In this document: piece after piece, positions 59,557-64,000 of the stretch
Position numbering within the stretch: position 1 is the first letter of the stretch
Layout of the letters: every line of letters starts with the position of its first letter
DNA from: Candidatus Helarchaeota archaeon
Lineage (GTDB): Archaea; Asgardarchaeota; Lokiarchaeia; Helarchaeales; RDOG01
Length of the DNA: 64,000 bases
Direction: 5' to 3'
NCBI GenBank assembly: GCA_019058315.1
Contig: JAHPZH010000001.1
Location: 1,105,432 to 1,169,431, forward strand
Translations under genes and position numbers: made by a program
The notes under the pieces: generated by a model
Seen by the model: only the letters and a program-made list of their open reading frames with translations
Told to the model about the DNA's origin: nothing
The model's database searches: none

Positions 59557-60870
59557 TCATTTGAGTTTTATACTTAGATAATTTTCTTCCAATTTTAGTA
59601 AATCATTAAAGATCCTTTCTGCTTGTCCATATGTTTGAATAAGAGGTTCTGAAACTATTGCCTTTAAAGCTAAATCTTTAGATTTTTGAAAAATACTTTC
59701 TAGACATAAATCGATGATTGGAAGTTGAGTTTTGATGTATCCAACTAATTCTAATGGATAATCTCCAAGAGGAATACCAGTAAGACCATCTTTATTTATG
59801 ATTGCAGGACATTCAACAACTAGATCACGGGGGAGATTTGTAATGATATCATCATTAGGAATATTAACAGATTGTTCAACATAATTGGAATTATTAATTA
59901 TCCCTTCAATTATAGGAATTGCAGATTCATCACCTGGCTTAACTAATCGGGATCCCTTTCCTTTTTCAATGCTTCTTTTAAGCTTTTTATAATTAGATTC
60001 CAATAGATCTGCATATACTTTCCAAAATCGCCTGATTGCAAAAGTATCTGCTTTTTCCCAAGCCCAATGGATATATTCTCCGTAATGTGAATCTGTTGTA
60101 TATGGACAATATCCATATTTCTCTAGAAAAAATCCAATAAACTTAAAACCATCATAAGCATCAACTTTATAGAGAAATTCTGGTCCTTTTTTATGAATAT
60201 CAGACATTGCATCTTTTCCAGTATCCTTATATTTACATTCTGTAATAACGCCAAAATGGTTTAACCCATAACCTTTAGCATTAATATTTTTTATAGGAAC
60301 TTTTAAAATTCTTGATAACATGGGAATAAAATGCATAAATTCATGACATAGGCCCACGAATTTAAGTTTTGGAAACTTTCTTTTAATCGCAAGACAAACC
60401 CGTGTCATGGGATTAGAGAAATTTATAAAAACAGCATTTGGACATATTTTTTGTACATCCCCACAAATTTCTAAAATGGGTGGAATAACTCTTAAGCAAT
60501 GAAATAGTCCTCCAGGACCACCATTTTCTCCTGATACTTGTTTACATCCATGTTGTAGAGGAATTTTATAATCCAGATCCAGTAATTCGAAACGTGGTGC
60601 TATTTCTATTGAATTTATAATATAAGTTGCATTTTTTAATGCAGTAGGACGATCAATTGTAGACTCCAAAGTAAAATTAACTTTTTTTCGTTCGATAGCT
60701 GATTCACACGCTTTCGTTACGAGTTCCAAATTCTTTGCATGAATATCATGTAAACATATAGTACTTCCTTCTAACACTTTGCTATTAATTACACTACCTA
60801 CAGTCTCCATTCCAAAGGTTAAAGAACCAGCACCTATCAGAGTGATCTTTTCTTTCGACATTTCTATCAT
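59557..60870 (-). CDS. Glycoside hydrolase family 4 (alpha-galactosidase/alpha-glucosidase, MelA-like)
   Basis: IGAGS, GENGGPGG..LR, NFSNP, GLCH, GLNH, VVECP. Confidence 0.9.
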   Translation of the reverse strand: MIEMSKEKITLIGAGSLTFGMETVGSVINSKVLEGSTICLHDIHAKNLELVTKACESAIERKKVNFTLESTIDRPTALKNATYIINSIEIAPRFELLDLDYKIPLQHGCKQVSGENGGPGGLFHCLRVIPPILEICGDVQKICPNAVFINFSNPMTRVCLAIKRKFPKLKFVGLCHEFMHFIPMLSRILKVPIKNINAKGYGLNHFGVITECKYKDTGKDAMSDIHKKGPEFLYKVDAYDGFKFIGFFLEKYGYCPYTTDSHYGEYIHWAWEKADTFAIRRFWKVYADLLESNYKKLKRSIEKGKGSRLVKPGDESAIPIIEGIINNSNYVEQSVNIPNDDIITNLPRDLVVECPAIINKDGLTGIPLGDYPLELVGYIKTQLPIIDLCLESIFQKSKDLALKAIVSEPLIQTYGQAERIFNDLLKLEENYLSIKLK

Positions 60871-60961
60871 TTCTTTAAAACTTGTTTAGATCTGAGGGAG
60901 ATTTATTATCAAATTAATATAAAATTAACTAATTAATAAAATCTAGCAAGAAAAAAGATTA

Positions 60962-61435
60962 TTAGTCAAAGCTTAAGCTTTCGACAAAGCTGTTTACCTT
61001 ATCTTTATAATTTCCTTTTTTTACTAGTTTACCTAAAATACCAAAATTTGATATATATTCATTATTTGGAGTAATTTCCCGCAAAGCATCCATTACATGC
61101 TGCCTCTTATCTCCCCCTGAGGTAATAAAAAATGAAATTTTCTTTTGTTCTAAAGGATTTTCCTTGATATAGGTTCGAATAGCTGGAGTCATATTACCAG
61201 CCCAAATGGGAGTCCCAATTAATATGAAATCATATTCAATAGGATTTTTCTGTGTTTTTATTTGAGTTAATTTTTTACGTAGTGCGTCACGGCCAGCGCG
61301 AATCCAGTTTAGAAGACCCATTCTTTTTTTAAGATCAATGATTTCATCAATATCGGCGTTAAGAGCTTCAGCTAAAGCCTCAGCTATAGTTTTCGTATTT
61401 CCTGTCCTAGAATAATAGACTACTAAGGTCTTCAT
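60962..61435 (-). CDS. Flavodoxin
   Basis: YYSRTGNT, GTPIWAG..PA, FITSGG. Confidence 0.9.
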   Translation of the reverse strand: MKTLVVYYSRTGNTKTIAEALAEALNADIDEIIDLKKRMGLLNWIRAGRDALRKKLTQIKTQKNPIEYDFILIGTPIWAGNMTPAIRTYIKENPLEQKKISFFITSGGDKRQHVMDALREITPNNEYISNFGILGKLVKKGNYKDKVNSFVESLSFD

Positions 61436-61584
61436 TTTATTACCTGTGAGATTTATTGTAGATAATTTTTTTTCAATTAATTAGTAAAATAATCTAATAT
61501 GTGCTATGAATATAATTATTGAAAAAACTTTTTTTGTTAATTATTATTAAAGACTTAAGTAAAATAATTAAAAAAAAATTCCAA

Positions 61585-63075
61585 ATGGTGGATTTAATAA
61601 TGATAAATAGTGAAATAGTTAAAGAATTGGAAAAAGTTGTAGGAGATAAATATGTTTCAGACAAGCCAGAAGAACAATTTTTATATCATTATGATTTTAT
61701 CACAGCAGAACCTGAAGGAATATGTGACATAGCAATTGTTCCTAACACAGCCGAAGAAGTTCAAGATATTGTTAAAATAGCTAATAAATACAAAGTTCCA
61801 GCTGTACCCTGGGTATCGGGAATCAATTTTGGGTCAATTGCTACTCCGAGAAAAGGAGGTATTGTGGTTGATTTAAGACGATTGAATCGTGTTCTTGAAG
61901 TAAATGAGGATGATATGTATGCTGTTGTCGAAGGAGGAATAACTTGGGCAGATCTAAAGGGATATCTTAATGTACATAACCCTACTTTAAGACCCGGTGT
62001 CACATGGTCCCCACCTGGAACTGGCGTGATTCCATCATGTTTATGTTATGGAATGTTCGATTTGGGAATGATTGGAGGAACAGGTGCTGAATTCATAAAT
62101 GGAATGGAAGTAGTATTGGGTTCGGGAGATTTAGTGAGAGTTGGTTCATGTAGTCTTTCCGATTATTGGTATGGTCGTCAACCATTGCCCGATTTAGCCG
62201 GTCTTTTTATTGGTTGGGAGGGATCAACGGGAATCGTGACCAAGGCAGCCATTAAATTATGGCCAATATTACCATATAGAGCTGATTATTATGCAGTAGG
62301 TTTAAGAATGGAAGATGGGGTCCCTCCAATGCTTAAGCTCTCAAAGGCGGGGCTTGGTATTGTTGATATTTGTATTTTAAATCATGGCTGGTCTCAATCT
62401 CTACAGGGATTTGATCATAAAAATGTTCCAAAAGATCCAGTAAAAGCTAATATACCTGATTTTATCGGTCTGGTTACAACACAAGCATATACAGAAAAAC
62501 AACATAAAGCACAATGTGAGGCAATAGAAGAAATTTTCAAAGAAGCTAAAATACAAGCTGTTACCGCAGACGTTGGAATTCAAATGCTTTCAAAAAAGCA
62601 ACGAGGCATAATGGAAGATATGACTCCTGCAACTGGTGGTCAGACTCCAATCCAGTTTTGGGGTTGCTGGGATTTTGCTCGTGGCGGTGGAGGTCAATGG
62701 ATTGGATCCTATTGTTCAACTCGAGATGTTGTTAAATATTATCAATTATCCAGGAATATATGTGTAAAATACGGAAAAGCCCCTCAATTTTATAGTAGAA
62801 TTCTATTTGGTGGGCATTATGTCGTAGCTCGAACAAATATTAACTTCAATAAAAATGATCCTCAAGATATTGAAAATACAAGGAAAATACTAAAAGAAAT
62901 TCACGATGCTGTTCAAGGATTAGGTGGAGTAGTGATGTATAAACCACCCAAGTGGGCCGTCCAAGTCTATAAAGATAAGACACTTCCTGCAACACGTGAA
63001 CTTATTAAAAAAATCAGACGAGTTCTAGATCCTAATATGATATTAAACCCCGGACAAGGTGTTGGAGAAGATTAA
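61585..63075 (+). CDS. FAD-linked oxidase, GlcD/VAO family
   Basis: VP..SG.NFG, GMEVVLGSG, GWEGSTGIVTK, DPNMILNPG; ATG at 61585 or 61600 more likely than track TTG 61519. Confidence 0.9.
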   Translation: MVDLIMINSEIVKELEKVVGDKYVSDKPEEQFLYHYDFITAEPEGICDIAIVPNTAEEVQDIVKIANKYKVPAVPWVSGINFGSIATPRKGGIVVDLRRLNRVLEVNEDDMYAVVEGGITWADLKGYLNVHNPTLRPGVTWSPPGTGVIPSCLCYGMFDLGMIGGTGAEFINGMEVVLGSGDLVRVGSCSLSDYWYGRQPLPDLAGLFIGWEGSTGIVTKAAIKLWPILPYRADYYAVGLRMEDGVPPMLKLSKAGLGIVDICILNHGWSQSLQGFDHKNVPKDPVKANIPDFIGLVTTQAYTEKQHKAQCEAIEEIFKEAKIQAVTADVGIQMLSKKQRGIMEDMTPATGGQTPIQFWGCWDFARGGGGQWIGSYCSTRDVVKYYQLSRNICVKYGKAPQFYSRILFGGHYVVARTNINFNKNDPQDIENTRKILKEIHDAVQGLGGVVMYKPPKWAVQVYKDKTLPATRELIKKIRRVLDPNMILNPGQGVGED

Positions 63076-63076
63076 T

Positions 63077-64000
63077 ATGCCGAAAAAGAAGAAAACGAAG
63101 ATTAAGTTCCTTCCAGGAAGAGGTATTACAAAATTAATCTCTGTTCCTGATCAATTAGAACTTGATAGGAATAAACATTTAGAATATTACCAAGATTTAG
63201 TTTATCAATGTGGTAAATGTGGGACATGTAGAACTGTATATCAAACTAAGGACTGGCCGCGAATATGCCCCTCTGGAGAAGTAGGGAAGTTTGAATCTTA
63301 TTATTTAGGTGGAAGAAACTTACTCACCTGGGCACTAACATCTGGTCGGCTTAAATGGTCCGAGAACATGGCCAAAATATTTTTCCATTGTACACTTTGT
63401 TTGGCTTGCACTCAACAATGCCAAATTCCGGAAATTCATAACTATGCTGGAGAATGGCTAATGGCAATGAGAGAAGAATCTGTTAAACAAGGATATGGAC
63501 CTATGCCTGAGCATAAAAAATATACAGAACATGTAGAAAAAGAATATAATCCGTACATGGAAAAACACGAAGATCGACTAAAATGGTTACCTTCACATGT
63601 TAAATTAACACCCAACGCTAAAATAGCATACTTTGTAGGTTGCACATCAAGTTATAGAGAAATGAATGTAGCAAAATCAACTGCTGAAATATTGGACTCA
63701 TTGGGTGTCGAATTCAACATTCTTAAAGATGAACATTGTTGTGGATCGCCTGTTTATATGACAGGGCAAGCAGAGAAAGCAAAACTTTTAGCTGAGTCAA
63801 ATGTTAAGATTTTTAAGGATGCTGGGATTGAAAAAATTATTACTTCATGCGCAGGTTGTTATAGAGCATTAAAAGAAACTTATCCTAATAAATTTGGTTT
63901 AGATCATGGCATTGAAGTTTTACATTTACCTGAATTTCTTTTAGACAAATTGAATAATGAAGAGCTTAAATTAACCAAAGCATTAAATATGAAAATAACC
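63077..64000 (+). CDS. Fe-S oxidoreductase HdrD/GlcF/GlpC family, 3'-truncated (not in ORF track)
   Basis: ATG 1 nt after the upstream stop; CGKCGTC..CP, CTLCLACTQQC, YFVGC, EHCCG, SCAGC; open to the window end. Confidence 0.9.
   Translation, partial: MPKKKKTKIKFLPGRGITKLISVPDQLELDRNKHLEYYQDLVYQCGKCGTCRTVYQTKDWPRICPSGEVGKFESYYLGGRNLLTWALTSGRLKWSENMAKIFFHCTLCLACTQQCQIPEIHNYAGEWLMAMREESVKQGYGPMPEHKKYTEHVEKEYNPYMEKHEDRLKWLPSHVKLTPNAKIAYFVGCTSSYREMNVAKSTAEILDSLGVEFNILKDEHCCGSPVYMTGQAEKAKLLAESNVKIFKDAGIEKIITSCAGCYRALKETYPNKFGLDHGIEVLHLPEFLLDKLNNEELKLTKALNMKIT

Noticed and set aside
21688-60870. TGA-ending genes as possible selenocysteine read-through (21688, 33125, 59557)
   Set aside because: Each TGA falls at the natural family C-terminus, not at a Cys-equivalent position; no SECIS-like hairpin noticed.
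2894-63645. Numerous 60-125 aa ORFs in the track lying antisense to or out of frame within long genes (e.g. 4854-5045, 11167-11460, 21809-22096, 46190-46564, 53931-54254, 63442-63645)
   Set aside because: Shadow ORFs overlapping well-supported genes, with no motifs.

Overview
AT-rich (roughly 28-30% GC by eye), gene-dense archaeal chromosomal segment. It is most consistent with an Asgard archaeon (Lokiarchaeia/Helarchaeales-like), inferred from tandem Rab-like GTPases, a stand-alone longin-like protein, RING-domain proteins, an archaeal ribose-1,5-bisphosphate isomerase and an ATP-dependent DNA ligase. Most genes are catabolic: acyl-CoA ligases, crotonase, thiolase, a 2-hydroxyacyl-CoA dehydratase pair, two sulfatases, two GlcD/GlcF-like pairs, DUF362 proteins, split UxaA/SuyAB, a GalK-like kinase, GH4 and MFS transporters. 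I saw no rRNA, tRNA, CRISPR array or mobile element. Three things stand out. (1) A two-gene locus at 30.5-33.1 kb encodes a receptor-like protein (signal peptide, 8-bladed WD40-like propeller, TM, Zn finger-RING-Zn ribbon) and a 3-TM partner with the same cytoplasmic module. This is a candidate transmembrane ubiquitin-ligase signalling system, and its ZnF-RING spacing resembles GATOR2 C-terminal domains as I recall them. (2) An ABC importer operon at 49.5-56.6 kb has two ATPases with complementary degeneracies predicting one active and one dead ATP site, plus an unannotated 54-aa TM protein and a surface propeller. (3) A surface propeller at 11.6-13.3 kb carries a vicinal Cys-Cys in all 8 blades. 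All calls come from motif reading only; no searches were run.
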